64,000 nucleotides of DNA from positions 672,001 to 736,000 of the forward strand of contig CAWIEK010000049.1 of assembly GCA_963835065.1 (NCBI GenBank), given 5' to 3'. This DNA comes from an uncultured Chthonomonadaceae bacterium. GTDB taxonomy: Bacteria; Armatimonadota; Chthonomonadetes; Chthonomonadales; Chthonomonadaceae. The translations under genes were made by a program, and so were the position numbers. Positions 51,823 through 62,904 of the stretch are shown piece after piece. The notes beneath the pieces were generated by a model. That model made no database searches, had not been told where the DNA came from, and saw only the letters and a list, made by a program, of their open reading frames with translations. The stretch's first letter is position 1. Every line of letters begins with the position of its first letter.

Positions 51823-52617
51823 TTATTCTTTGGATTGCAGTCTTGCCAGTTCCGCCTTCAACCGCGCGATTTCCGCTTCCGCGCTTTCCGCCCGCTGCGC
51901 TTCCTGCTCGGCCCGATTTGTTTCTTGTTCCGCGCGTTGCGCTTCCTGTTCAGCCCGTAAGGACTCCTGCTCGGCGCGTTGGGACTGCGCTTCCAGCGCG
52001 ACTTCCAATTCGTTATAATCCGGCAGGTACACACCCCGCTGCGCGTCGAAGAACTTCAAGCGGTTGCCCTGTACCGTCAGTTCCAGCCCCAATTGTTCGC
52101 TGTGCAGGCGGCCATCGGCGTCCGGCTCAATGGGCGCGTAGCCGTTTTCACCCAAACGGTAGCCGCGCAGCCGCGTGGAAATGTAGTCCGCTGTCGGGTC
52201 GAACAAAAAGTATTCCGCAACACGCAGCACGTCCTGATACTTTCGGTACTTGCTTTGCGTGTCTTCGTTGCGGGTGCTTTTGGACGTGATTTCGATTACC
52301 ACACTGGGGAAATGATCGCCATTCTCCCACGACTTGTACGAGTCGCGCATCCGCATTTCCACGCCGAAAATCACATAGCAGTCCGGCGAAACAACCGAAC
52401 TTGGCTTACCCTGCTCGTAATAGAGAAAGTTATCGCTGGCAACATACACGTTGGGCTGGGGAGCAAACCACGAGCGCAGGGCCTTGCAGCAGTACGCCGT
52501 CACATCCCAATGTAAGTCGGTCTCGGCCATCGGCTCTCCATCGCTGGTCGGGTAGAAAGGTTCTTTGATTTTGGAAGCGGTTTTTGCCGCAACGGTTGCC
52601 GTCATAGTGCCCTCCAC
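51823..52617 (-). CDS. Uma2-family endonuclease with a repetitive coiled-coil tail
   Basis: YPTSDGEPMAET, VSPDCYV, VIEITSKST, EYFLFDP, (RAEQE)n. Confidence 0.92.
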   Translation of the reverse strand: MEGTMTATVAAKTASKIKEPFYPTSDGEPMAETDLHWDVTAYCCKALRSWFAPQPNVYVASDNFLYYEQGKPSSVVSPDCYVIFGVEMRMRDSYKSWENGDHFPSVVIEITSKSTRNEDTQSKYRKYQDVLRVAEYFLFDPTADYISTRLRGYRLGENGYAPIEPDADGRLHSEQLGLELTVQGNRLKFFDAQRGVYLPDYNELEVALEAQSQRAEQESLRAEQEAQRAEQETNRAEQEAQRAESAEAEIARLKAELARLQSKE

Positions 52618-52731
52618 ATTTCAGGTGTCCCTTCCATGACCACCTGCCTAACTAGTATACTCTTTTTTCGGCGTTCCTTGAAAAGCAAAGCCTTCTCAGT
52701 TCAGGACCGGCGCATATAAACGAGAAAAGAA

Positions 52732-53013
52732 AAAGGATATGTAGAGACAGCGTCGAAATCTTGGCAATGCAGCGCTTCCAGCCCGGTGTCTCGTTGTGTC
52801 AAGTTGTGAATAGAGAGGCGTCGTGGCCTCGTGAGCGTCAGGGCGAACGGGGAGAGTATACAGGCATCTTCTTGCACCTCCCTTCCGGGTTAGTTGAGAG
52901 TTGAGAGTTGAGAGGAACTATGAACTCTCAGCATCCCGCCACCTGGCTAGTTCGCAGCCTAATTAGTAGACTTGATGTATAGTTTTAGACGATGATGGAG
53001 GCAGAGAAGGTTC
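52732..53013 (-). ncRNA. Candidate small RNA / minigene unit, copy B
   Basis: GAAC-N18-CGTCTAA promoter, (CTCTCAA)n, AAGGGAGG SD, ORF MPVYSPRSP* (52867-52838), conserved tail. Confidence 0.6.
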
Positions 53014-53286
53014 GTTATTTCTGCTGTTTAATCCGATATTTTTCTACTTTTTTGTGTTCTTTTTGGCTTGGGCAACCTGGAGGAGGGACGCAGGCGCAAC
53101 AGTGGGGGCGAATGTACCTACGATGGGATACGTGTTGAGCATTTTAAATACGCCGGCCTTGCTCCTCAGTTCGAGACACCTTGTTCCGGGCGTTGAAAGC
53201 CCCTGTCGAACGGAAGAACGGACTAATGCCTGTCATAGCGTCGCAGCAACGCTTTCATTGCGGGCGTTTTCGCCTTCTTCATGGCG

Positions 53287-54556
53287 TCAATAAGCGGTTG
53301 GTCTGGCAGTGTCTCCGTAATCCGGGTAGCCGATCATCCTGATTTTCGCTCCCCGTGACAGCAGCAGGCGAACAGTATGCAAATGATTATTCCTCAACAG
53401 CAAGCGTCAACGCCGTTTTACATTCCCTGTCGTAATGGTTTATATCCGCGCCGTAGTGCAGCAGGAGTTTGACGGTTTCTGCCTCGCCGGCAGAAGCCGC
53501 CGACAAAAGCGCCGTCCAATCGCCTTTCACCGGGTCATTTACTTTCGCGCCTTTTGCCAGCAGCAGTTTCAGAATGGGCAAACGCTTGCTTTCAGGAATT
53601 TCCGCTCCTTCGGCTTGTGTCAGCACCGAACCGCCATAGCCATTACGATTGACATCGGCTCCCGCCGCCACAAGCGTTTTCACCACATCCAGATGCCCGT
53701 TATAAGCCGCAAAGCACAGGGGCGTTCCCAATTTTGCTCCAGGTCTACCTTTGTACCATGCGCCAAGTAGCAGTTTGATGATGGCGTTGTCGCCGTTTCC
53801 CGCAGCCACCGTCATGACCGTAGCAAGTGAGGCTTCATAGATAAAATTGGTTCTGGCATGATGTTCCAACAGCAGGGTTGCTATCGCAACATTTCGGTTT
53901 TGAACGGCATGTACTATGGGAGGAAGCTTGTCAGGATAGTTGCCTTCATCCCACTTTGCACCGCCATCCGCATTAGTTCCATTCTCCAGCAAGTAGTGAA
54001 CCAGTTCCATATTGTCCGCGTAGGCTGCCGCGCATAACAGGTGTTCTCTGTCTACCAGCGATTGCGCCGCGCCCCGCTTCAAAAACATCCACACTAAATC
54101 AGGATGCTTGTACGCGGCAACCACAACGACAAGCGGGCGCGGGTCTTCAATCGGATAATTCTCTTCAGGTTTGGCAAGCGCGTTGATGTCGCTCGCGCCC
54201 CGTTCCAGCAGGTCTTTGATAACGGTTGTATCATCTTTTTCCACTGCCAGTTGCAGCACGGAAGCGCCGTAATCTTGATTCGCTGTTTTCTGCGGACTGC
54301 GCCAATGATTCCAGAGCCGCCTTAACGCCTGCATCGGCGTGGTATCCGGGTAGAGAGGTTCGCGCGTATTTGGGTCCGCGCCCTCGCGCAGCAAAGCCAG
54401 AGCCTGCTTCGTGTTGCCGTGTCGAATAGCGTCACACAACGCGCTGCCCTGCCGCTGCCGATGCAGTTGCCACCCGACGCCAAGCAGCAATACCAATGCA
54501 AGCAATGCCGTGATAATCAGGAACGCGCGAAATTTCATAGTTTTTCTTTGGCTCAA
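53287..54556 (-). CDS. Ankyrin-repeat membrane-anchored protein, frameshift near 53390
   Basis: N-terminal TM; GTPLCFAAYNGHLDVVKTLVAAGADVN and similar repeats; last repeat continues in another frame. Confidence 0.88.
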
Positions 54557-54631
54557 AGCGTCAGAAGCGTATCCTGTCTGTTGCCGGGGATTTTCAATCC
54601 CCGGCCAGTAGTTGATTTGTACATTACGATG

Positions 54632-57600
54632 TTATTGCATGGCTTGTTCAATCGCTTCTTCCAGCGTCAGCGCGCGTCCCTGTTCCCACACTTGCGTAAA
54701 CTCTTCTTCTCCCAAAGCGGCGCGGGCGGCGAGCAGGCGGGGTGTTTCCGCGACATTTTCCGGCGGCATGGGCATCAGGAGGGATTCGCGCAGGGTTTGC
54801 GCGACGGCGAACAACAGCACGGCGCGACGCTCCTGCCCCTGTACCGCGAACATGGCGGCAACGGCATCCAGCGTGTAAAACAGGCCCGGCTTATCCCCCG
54901 ATTGGACGCTGATTGTCAGCCGTTCCTCAAAGCAGCGCCGCGCATAACTGTAATCCTGCTGCGCGGAAGCGGTTTTCCCCAGGCTGTACAGCACGGCGGA
55001 CAATAAATCCCGATACGACAATTCTCTGGCAAGCGTCAGGCTTTCTTCAAACAAAATGCGGGCCGCGTTGTAGTTGCGCAGTTCATGCTCTACGCAGCCC
55101 AATCGGTGCAGCGTTTTGGCGGTCAATTCGCGGTCATGCAGGCTGCGCGCAAGCGCCAGTTCTTCGGCGTACAGGCGGCGCGCGTCCGAAAAGTTTTTGC
55201 GGTAAAAAGCCCGGTGCGCCAGACCATGCAGCGCTCCGGCAATCAAACTCTTATCCCCAAGTTCCGTGCCGATTGCCAGCCCTTCCTCGAAGTGACGCTG
55301 CGCCGCTTCATGGTCACCTTCGTCACTGGCAACCACGCCCAAATAATTCAGCGTGACGGCAACCTGAGTCGCCCCCGCGTGTTCCCGATGGATGGCAAGC
55401 GCCTGCGCGAAATATACCCTTGCCTGCGCATAGTCGTGGCGGTTCCAGGCCATTTGTCCCAGGCTGTGCAGCGCATTAGCGCGTATCGCGGGATCATCGC
55501 GCTCGTTTCCCACGCTGAGACTCTCCTCAAAATAAGCCTGGGCAGTCGCATGGTCGCCCTGAAAGCAGGCCAACATTCCCACGCCGTTCAAAGCTTCCGC
55601 CCGCGTCGGCGTGTTTCCCAAAGGCCGGGTTCGTTCCAAAACGTTGGCGAGAATTTGCCGTCCCAAACTCAAATAGCCGCGCTTGTGCCAGAACCGCCAC
55701 AAGGCGGAAGCCATTTGCAGGCCGCGCTCTGCCGTTTCGGGCTGCGCCAAACTCCATTCCAGCGCTGCACGCAGGTTGTCATGCTCCCTTTCCAGCCAAT
55801 TCAGCCACCATGCCTGCTGCTTCCCCTGCAAGTTCGGATGGGCTTCCTCCGCCAGCCGCAAATAATAGTCCAGATGCCGTTCCCGCGCTTCCTGCGCCCC
55901 TGCCTCATTTTCAAGTTCCTGCCGGCTGTACTGCCGAACCGTTTCCAAAAGCCGATACCGCGCTTCCCCACCCTCCTGTTCATAAATCACCAGGGACCGA
56001 TCCACCAGGCGGGAGAGGCCATCTATTGTCAATTGACGATTGCCGATTGCCGATTGGGTTCCTCCTGTTCCCTGTTCCCTATTGCCTAATTCCTGTTCTT
56101 CTGTCTTCTCTTCTTCTCTTCTTCTCTTCTTCTCTTCTGTTCCCTGTTCCCTGTTCCCTGTTCCCTGCCAGGTCGCTTCCGCCGCTTCCAGCGTCCAGCC
56201 GCCGACGAAGAGAGATAAAATGTGCAGCATGGCGCGATCTTCACTTGAAAGCAGGTCGAAACTCCACTTCATCGCCGCTTCCAGCGTCCGTTGACGGGAC
56301 AAGGCGGTGCGAGGGCCGTTTGTCAGCAGTTGAAAGCGGTCATTGAGGCGGGCGGCGATCTGTTCTACCGGCAATGCTTTCACGCGGGCGGCGGCCAGTT
56401 CCAGAGCGAGGGGGATGCCGTCCAATTGCCGACAGATTTGGATGACGGCAGGCGCGTTTTGAGGGGTCAAAACAAAATCGGCTTGCGCCTGTGTCGCGCG
56501 CTCGACGAAGAGTTGAATGGCCGCGTAGGAATGGAGGAAGTCCGCGAGGGAAGCCCTGTCAATGGGTGTTAAATTCGCGTCCGGCAGCGTAAGGGAAGCG
56601 ACGCGCCACACGCTTTCGCCCTGCACATCCAGGGGCTGCCTGCTTGTCGCCAGAATACGCAGGGCGCGGCACTGTTGGAGCAAAGATTCGGCTAAATCCG
56701 CGCATGTTTCAATGAGATGTTCGCAGTTGTCGAGTATCAGCAGCAGCTGTTTGTCGTTCAGGAATTCCTGCAGGGTTTGCAGCAGTGGGCGATCTGGCGC
56801 TTCGCTTACGCCCAGCATTGCCGCCATCATTTGCGCGATTTGCGCTCCATCCGTCAGGGCCGACAAATCTACGAAACACGCGCCGTCCGAAAAGTTACCG
56901 CTCAGTTCCTCGGCCAGTTGTATTGCCAGCCGGGTTTTGCCAATGCCCCCCGCCCCGGCGAGCGTCAGCAAACGCGCCTGACTCAGCCGCGCTAGAATCG
57001 CTTCCATTTCCTTTTCACGCCCGATAAGGGCCGTCAGGGGAACAGGCAATCGGCGCAGGCGCGGAGAGTTTGGGAACTCCAATGCAGAGGTTTTCGTTGT
57101 TGCCGTATCTGATGAAGCAATTATCAATGCAGCGGTTTCTATTACGGCAGTATCTGGTGACGCAGGTGTTAAGGACGCTGGTTCCAAAGAAGCCGGTTCT
57201 GCTTCCGCTTCCCTTGTCCCGCTTGTTTCCACCGGAGTTTCGTTTTTTGTTTCCGATACTGGGCGCGGCTTATCACGCAATTTTGTCCGAAGCTGCTGAT
57301 ACAGGGTTGTGATTTCCTGTCCGGGAAGCGCGTTCCGCTCACGGTGCAGTTTGAGGCTGAATTCCTGATACGTTTGTAAAGCCGCGTACACATTGCCACT
57401 TTGCGCCAGGGCTTCCATCAGGCCGCGCAGCGCCGACTCGCGCAGGGGATCCACTTCCATGACACGCCGCAGGCAGCGTACCGCTGTTTCCCATTCGTTC
57501 GCCGCCATCGCCATCGCGCTTCGCGCCTGCAAAACCTGCAGATATTGCTGTTCCCGCGCTTCCCGTTCGGCTAACGCCCACGACTCGGTACACTCCTTCA

Positions 57601-58018
57601 GCAACGGCCCCGTATAACAGGCCAGCGCAAGTTCCAATGACGCGGCATCACTCCGCGCGCACAACGCATCCCATTCCGCAACGTCTACAGAAGCGTTTTC
57701 AATAGCAAGGCACAGGGAGTCCGGCGTGGGAGAATGAAGGCGAAAACTCTGCGTTCCCAATGCCTTGCGCAGATTGGTCAACCCGCGGCGCAGGTTGTAC
57801 GCCGCCTGATCTACCGCATGGTCAGGAAACGGCCATAGTTCCTGCGCCAGCCACGCCCGCTTGACTGGTTTCCCTCCCCGCAAGGCAAGCAAAGCCAGCA
57901 GCCACAACTCCTTACGCGAGCGCAGTTTGGGCAGGGACAAGCCATTCACCCGCGCGTCCATTGCGCCGAACAATTTTATTGTCAGGGGAGGAGTTTCGCC
58001 GTCGCTGTCGCGTTCCAT
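54632..58018 (-). CDS. AfsR/SARP-type regulator: wHTH-BTAD, NTPase, TPR repeats
   Basis: IKLFG, DPLRESA, LIGREKE, LAGAGGIGKTRLA, LDNCEHL, LDGIPLALELAAAR. Confidence 0.92.
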   Translation of the reverse strand: MERDSDGETPPLTIKLFGAMDARVNGLSLPKLRSRKELWLLALLALRGGKPVKRAWLAQELWPFPDHAVDQAAYNLRRGLTNLRKALGTQSFRLHSPTPDSLCLAIENASVDVAEWDALCARSDAASLELALACYTGPLLKECTESWALAEREAREQQYLQVLQARSAMAMAANEWETAVRCLRRVMEVDPLRESALRGLMEALAQSGNVYAALQTYQEFSLKLHRERNALPGQEITTLYQQLRTKLRDKPRPVSETKNETPVETSGTREAEAEPASLEPASLTPASPDTAVIETAALIIASSDTATTKTSALEFPNSPRLRRLPVPLTALIGREKEMEAILARLSQARLLTLAGAGGIGKTRLAIQLAEELSGNFSDGACFVDLSALTDGAQIAQMMAAMLGVSEAPDRPLLQTLQEFLNDKQLLLILDNCEHLIETCADLAESLLQQCRALRILATSRQPLDVQGESVWRVASLTLPDANLTPIDRASLADFLHSYAAIQLFVERATQAQADFVLTPQNAPAVIQICRQLDGIPLALELAAARVKALPVEQIAARLNDRFQLLTNGPRTALSRQRTLEAAMKWSFDLLSSEDRAMLHILSLFVGGWTLEAAEATWQGTGNREQGTEEKKRRREEEKTEEQELGNREQGTGGTQSAIGNRQLTIDGLSRLVDRSLVIYEQEGGEARYRLLETVRQYSRQELENEAGAQEARERHLDYYLRLAEEAHPNLQGKQQAWWLNWLEREHDNLRAALEWSLAQPETAERGLQMASALWRFWHKRGYLSLGRQILANVLERTRPLGNTPTRAEALNGVGMLACFQGDHATAQAYFEESLSVGNERDDPAIRANALHSLGQMAWNRHDYAQARVYFAQALAIHREHAGATQVAVTLNYLGVVASDEGDHEAAQRHFEEGLAIGTELGDKSLIAGALHGLAHRAFYRKNFSDARRLYAEELALARSLHDRELTAKTLHRLGCVEHELRNYNAARILFEESLTLARELSYRDLLSAVLYSLGKTASAQQDYSYARRCFEERLTISVQSGDKPGLFYTLDAVAAMFAVQGQERRAVLLFAVAQTLRESLLMPMPPENVAETPRLLAARAALGEEEFTQVWEQGRALTLEEAIEQAMQ

Positions 58019-58260
58019 GCCTTCGTGCTGCCTGCGCTTTCTTTCCGCTACGAAACGTCATAGTCTTCCGTGTTCAGCGGCTCAGACGCCTTTTATGGTA
58101 TCAATTCTGATCCGGCTCCTTCCACAGCAGAGGGGCGGGAGTGGACGGGGCGGGCAGATGTGGGAAACCAGTGAAATCCGCAGCGGCAGGGAAGGCAGAG
58201 GAATATACATCTTCTGCTTCCGTTACCTGTTCTGTCTTCCAGGGAACAGGGGTGTCTTCT

Positions 58261-58773
58261 TCAGAGATGATAGTAGACCAAGCCGCACGAGGTGAGCGCG
58301 TACCCAATCAGGGCGCGTTCGCCCAATCCCGGCGACATTAAAAACAGAATAGGAACCGCAACCATGCTGCCGCTGAGGATGATAAGAAACGTGTTGAAGT
58401 TGTCAAAGGCCATCACGCCGAACCATCCCCACACCAGCAGGCAGACGAGTACAAACAGTTCCAAATGCAGACTGCTCGCAGGCGGCGTCATTCCCACTGC
58501 CAGCAGTCCAGGCACAAGCAAAAGCAGCAAAACCGAACGGACGATATAGCCTTTCGCAAACAACTTGCGAACCAGGATACCGATTACGCCGCATAGCGAC
58601 GCAATCAGCCCCCAGGCCATCGGGTTGCCTTCCGCCAATTCAAAACTGACGGCGCGATGCAGGCTATGCGCTCCCGCGATATGCAGCGTCATGGTCAGCG
58701 CCCCGGCAAGCAGCAATAACGTTCCCATCAATTTAGACTGCATCCCGCTATCCTGTACAAACTTGAGGGACAT
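58261..58773 (-). CDS. Hypothetical integral membrane protein
   Basis: Hydrophobic 170-aa ORF immediately after the binding-protein gene. Confidence 0.65.
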   Translation of the reverse strand: MSLKFVQDSGMQSKLMGTLLLLAGALTMTLHIAGAHSLHRAVSFELAEGNPMAWGLIASLCGVIGILVRKLFAKGYIVRSVLLLLLVPGLLAVGMTPPASSLHLELFVLVCLLVWGWFGVMAFDNFNTFLIILSGSMVAVPILFLMSPGLGERALIGYALTSCGLVYYHL

Positions 58774-58779
58774 GCCGTG

Positions 58780-59829
58780 TTAGGAACCCGGTTTGAGAAG
58801 TTTCTGCACGTCGGGCGTGTTGAGGTTGTCTTTGGTGACGACCATCACGCCGCTGTCTTGCAGCTTTTTGTCAATTGTTTCCTTCTTGATGGCTTTGAGG
58901 ACGGTTTCCACGCCCTGATAGCCCATCTGATACGGGTTTTGCACGATCAGCGCCTGAATGGTTCCCTCCTGCAAGCCCTTGATTTCATCTTCGGAACTGT
59001 CGAAGGCGACCAGTTTCACTTTGCCTTCCAATTTCTTCTGCTTCAGCACCTGCGCCGCGCCCTCGCCATTGGGCTGATTGGCCGCGAAAATGCCCGCAAG
59101 GTCTTTGTTGGCGGTCAGCATGTCGTTGGTGCGGTCTACCGCTTTGGTCGGGTCGCCGCCTTCCAGATTGGAAACCACGTGGATGTCGGGATACTTCTTC
59201 ATCGCTTCCAGAAAGCCGCTTTCCCGCTCATCGTTGGAAGCCGAACCTTTTTTGAAAATCAGAATCCCGACATTGCCCTTTTTGCCGATGGCTTCGGCCA
59301 GTTTGTCCGCCGCGAGCTGCCCGCCCTTGACGTTATCGGTAGCGATATAGCAGACGGAATCATCCTTGCCTTTCAGCAGCCCGGAGTCAACCGTCACCGT
59401 GGGAATGCCCGCTGTTTTCGCCGCCGTGACCGGCTGCGCGAGGGCTTCCGAGTCCACTGCCGCTAAGACGATGCCGTCTACCTTGTTGCTGATCTGCGTG
59501 GATACCACGTCTACCTGCTGCGTGACATCGTTCTCCGTTGCAGGACCCTGCCAAATAATTTCGACATTGCCCAGTTTCTTTGCCGCATCGTCCGCGCCCG
59601 CCTTGACTCCAAGCCAAAACGAATTCGCCGTGCCTTTGGGAATCACGGCAATCCGCAAACTCTTGCCCTCACCCCCACTCCCGCCCATATTTCCCCCGGC
59701 TGTCGAATGCGTGGAAGTTCCTCCCGAGGCTGCGCCCCCGCTGCCACTATTCTCCTTCGGACACCCCCACAGCATCACGCCGCACAACCCACTCAACGCC
59801 AACACGCCCATTTTTTGCACTGCTCGCAT
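58780..59829 (-). CDS. Sugar ABC transporter substrate-binding lipoprotein (RbsB-like)
   Basis: Lipobox LWGC, IAVIPKG, IATDNVKGG, VQNPYQMGY. Confidence 0.93.
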   Translation of the reverse strand: MRAVQKMGVLALSGLCGVMLWGCPKENSGSGGAASGGTSTHSTAGGNMGGSGGEGKSLRIAVIPKGTANSFWLGVKAGADDAAKKLGNVEIIWQGPATENDVTQQVDVVSTQISNKVDGIVLAAVDSEALAQPVTAAKTAGIPTVTVDSGLLKGKDDSVCYIATDNVKGGQLAADKLAEAIGKKGNVGILIFKKGSASNDERESGFLEAMKKYPDIHVVSNLEGGDPTKAVDRTNDMLTANKDLAGIFAANQPNGEGAAQVLKQKKLEGKVKLVAFDSSEDEIKGLQEGTIQALIVQNPYQMGYQGVETVLKAIKKETIDKKLQDSGVMVVTKDNLNTPDVQKLLKPGS

Positions 59830-59844
59830 GGTTTCTCCTTGGAA

Positions 59845-59952
59845 AGTAGTCAGTAGTCAGTAGTCAGTAGTCAGTATCTGTCCTACTCATTCCCTTTGCC
59901 AACGCACAAGGCTTTGAGTAGATAAGCATTTCTACTGACTACTCCCTACTGC
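59845..59952. repeat. Heptamer-arm inverted repeat (AGTAGTC)n / (GACTACT)n
   Basis: Between the permease stop and the SBP start; core ends GCATTT like the spc copies. Confidence 0.8.
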
Positions 59953-60990
59953 CTACCCCCTACTCCCCCGTTTTCTCCCCGGCCCGAACCGGTCGTACAG
60001 CACGGCCAGAATTACGATGGCGCCGACGATAGCGCGCTGTAAATCCGGGCTGACATTGTTCAGGGCGCAGCCGTTGCGGATGGTGAACATCAGCAGCGCG
60101 CCAATGATGGTTCCCGGTATGCCGCCCTGCCCGCCAAACAGGGAGGTGCCGCCGATAACAGTGGCGGCAATGGCATACAATTCATAACTGTTGCCCGCAT
60201 CATACGGAGCGCTGCCGGTGCGCGAAATGCTGACGACAGCAGCGATCCCCGCGAGCAGGCCCGACAAAGCGAAAACCGAAATCACGGCTTTGTTCAGCGA
60301 AATGCCGGACAGCCGCGTCGCTTCCCGATTGCCGCCCAGCGCGTACATCGTCCGGCCCCAGCGCGTTCGCGTCAGCAGAATGCTCATCGCTACGGCGACA
60401 CTCACCATAATCAGCACGGCATAAGGAATACCGTCTCTGGCCGGACCACCGAACAATTCGCCATTCCCGAACGTCTCAAACCCCCGCGCAAGCCCGCCGA
60501 TGTTTTTCGATCCCGACAGCAGGCCGCTTGCGCCGTATACCACGCCCATCATGCCCAATGTCACAATGAAGGACGGGATTTTGCCGAACGCAGTAATCAG
60601 ACCGGTCAGCGTTCCTGCCGCCAGGCCGGATACAATCGCCAGCAGCACGGCGGGCCACACGCCCACGCCATGATGCGCCATCGCTTCCGCGGCGGCAACA
60701 CCGGCAAACGCCATCACCGCGCCTACCGACAGGTCTATATTGCCGGAAATAATCACTGCCGTCTGCCCACACGCCAATATCGCAATTACAGCGGACTGAA
60801 CGGCGATATTCTTGAGATTGCCGCGTTCCGCGAAATGCGGGACGCGCAACGCCAGCACAATCCCAAGTAACAGCAGAAACGAGAGCGGAGCCAGCGTGCT
60901 GGACAAGCGCTGCACCCACGTCGCCTGCGCCGGAGATGGCGACAGGGGAGACAATTGCGGATCACTTTGCGGAAGGGACGCCGTCCCCAT
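59953..60990 (-). CDS. Sugar ABC transporter permease (RbsC-like)
   Basis: GNIDLSVG, IPSFIVTLG, GGNREATRLSGI, IAATVIGGTSLFGG. Confidence 0.94.
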   Translation of the reverse strand: MGTASLPQSDPQLSPLSPSPAQATWVQRLSSTLAPLSFLLLLGIVLALRVPHFAERGNLKNIAVQSAVIAILACGQTAVIISGNIDLSVGAVMAFAGVAAAEAMAHHGVGVWPAVLLAIVSGLAAGTLTGLITAFGKIPSFIVTLGMMGVVYGASGLLSGSKNIGGLARGFETFGNGELFGGPARDGIPYAVLIMVSVAVAMSILLTRTRWGRTMYALGGNREATRLSGISLNKAVISVFALSGLLAGIAAVVSISRTGSAPYDAGNSYELYAIAATVIGGTSLFGGQGGIPGTIIGALLMFTIRNGCALNNVSPDLQRAIVGAIVILAVLYDRFGPGRKRGSRG

Positions 60991-61491
60991 AACTCGTGCC
61001 CTTTCCTCTAACAGCAGCCACTCTGCTGACTATGTTTCTGCTTTTCAACAGCAGCGTGTTCACCTGCCTTGCTGCGCAGGCCGTTCGATGCGCCAACAAA
61101 GCAAAATTTGCGCTGCCTTGAAAACGTAAACACAATCATAGCAGACTGAACGCGGCCTGTCAATTCGTTTTTTGATTCCGTCCCTGTACTCAGAACGCGG
61201 GAGACATGCAAACTTATATTTTTCGCTTCGCGCCAACTGAACATTTCGCTTTTCACTGCGTCCATAAGCGCAGGAACCCCATGCGTCCTGCATACTTTGG
61301 ATACTTTCCTTGCGAAAACCTGAACATTTGCGTACGCTCGGCTATTTTAGCAGGATTTTATCATGTCATGCTCTAATGATTAGATTAGTGGTATTCTTAA
61401 CATGAGAATTTTTAATTTTTCTGACGAAGAGTTCATTTGCTGACATCAATGCTATTGAAGATTTGAGACATGTTCGCGAACCCGGATACAC

Positions 61492-62889
61492 ATGCGCCAT
61501 TCTTTGCCACCAACCGTATCTATCTACTTGGACACGCTGCGGCGTCCACGTCTTTTGTTTGCTTCCATTTTGGACGGCTCTGCGCTGGCTTCGGCCTTGA
61601 TGTGGGTTGTCATGCTGGGCATTCTGGCGGGCGTTACAGGCGTTTACGCCGCCCTGCAAGGCAAAACCGGCTTGGGGCAGGACTGGTGGCGCGATTTCCC
61701 CATGAAGCGCGCCGTGTTTTTCTCCGTTTGGTTCTGCCTGACCGATGTGCTGTGGGCAACCTTGCTCACCTGGGCGCTGGCGCGACTGGCGCGTGAAACC
61801 CTGCGCTTCGACTCCCTGCTCACCGTCCTTTGCCTTGCTTCCGCGCCGTGCCTGCTCACCACGCTAACGTTTCCAATGCGCGATTTGAGTTGGACGGCCC
61901 TGCATGTATGGCAGGGGCTGAATATCTTCGTCATTGTGTGGGTATCTATTCTCATTTGTATGGGCGTTCAGGCTTGCCTGAATACTTCGCTCGGCAAAGC
62001 CGCGCAGTGCAGTCTTCCCGCCCTGCTGATTCTATGGGCCATCGGTGTCAGGGCGCATAAAGCCCCGCCCACAAATTTTCGCGCGGCCTGTCGGTGGGAG
62101 CAATGGGAAGGCAGGCATGTTCGCCTGTTCATGCTGCCGGGAAAAAGCCCGAAAGAAGTTTCTTTGCTGGCGCAGGGACTGGACGAGCTGACCGAAAAAG
62201 ACGACGCCGCGCTTGGAGAATCGTCCCTGCCTTTCAAAATAGACTTTTTCTGCTTTGACGACGATTTGCAGCAGCGGCATTTCGCCGGCTCTGCGGAAGA
62301 ACCCACCGACACCGCCCATACCTTCTTCGACTGCGTGACTTTTTCCTACGACACCTGGGAGAACCTTCGCCCGCAAATGGCGCATGAGATTTGCCATGTG
62401 ATTCTGGCGAACCGCCTGACCGACAAGGTGCATGGCCTGCTGGATGAAGGATTGTGCGAGTATGTCGCGCATACGGTAACAGCAGACCCTGACGCGCTTT
62501 CCCCCACGCCCGCCACAGCCCTGCCCCTGCGCGTCCTTGCCCGCCCGGAAGTGTTTTTCGACTGGGATTTATTGCACGAAAAAGGCGTGGAGGACGAAGA
62601 AGCCGATTGGAAGCACTACCGCGCCGCCGAATCGCTGACCGCCTATCTGATTAAACGCTCCGGCATGGCAAAGTTCAAAAATCTGTATTGCCGCTACGCC
62701 CTGCATGGCCGCGACAATGACCCGGACAATGACGAGGGCAAGCAGCTTGCCCATGCGGTTCAGGATGTCTATGGGATTTCGCTTGCCGAACTGGAACATC
62801 AATGGCGCGCGGACGCGGTTTCTGCAATCCTTCCTGACCCGCTGCCTGCGCCGTCCGATTTGCAGCCATCTCATTCTTCGGGTTCGTAA
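61492..62889 (+). CDS. Yip1-like membrane domain fused to a gluzincin-type peptidase domain
   Basis: About five TMs then AHEICH...LDEGLCEY. Confidence 0.7.
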   Translation: MRHSLPPTVSIYLDTLRRPRLLFASILDGSALASALMWVVMLGILAGVTGVYAALQGKTGLGQDWWRDFPMKRAVFFSVWFCLTDVLWATLLTWALARLARETLRFDSLLTVLCLASAPCLLTTLTFPMRDLSWTALHVWQGLNIFVIVWVSILICMGVQACLNTSLGKAAQCSLPALLILWAIGVRAHKAPPTNFRAACRWEQWEGRHVRLFMLPGKSPKEVSLLAQGLDELTEKDDAALGESSLPFKIDFFCFDDDLQQRHFAGSAEEPTDTAHTFFDCVTFSYDTWENLRPQMAHEICHVILANRLTDKVHGLLDEGLCEYVAHTVTADPDALSPTPATALPLRVLARPEVFFDWDLLHEKGVEDEEADWKHYRAAESLTAYLIKRSGMAKFKNLYCRYALHGRDNDPDNDEGKQLAHAVQDVYGISLAELEHQWRADAVSAILPDPLPAPSDLQPSHSSGS

Positions 62890-62904
62890 ATCAATAATAT
62901 CCCG

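Noticed and set aside
51850..51990. 21-nt repeats in the Uma2 tail as an inserted element
   Set aside because: RAEQE coiled-coil repeats are usual in this Uma2 subfamily.
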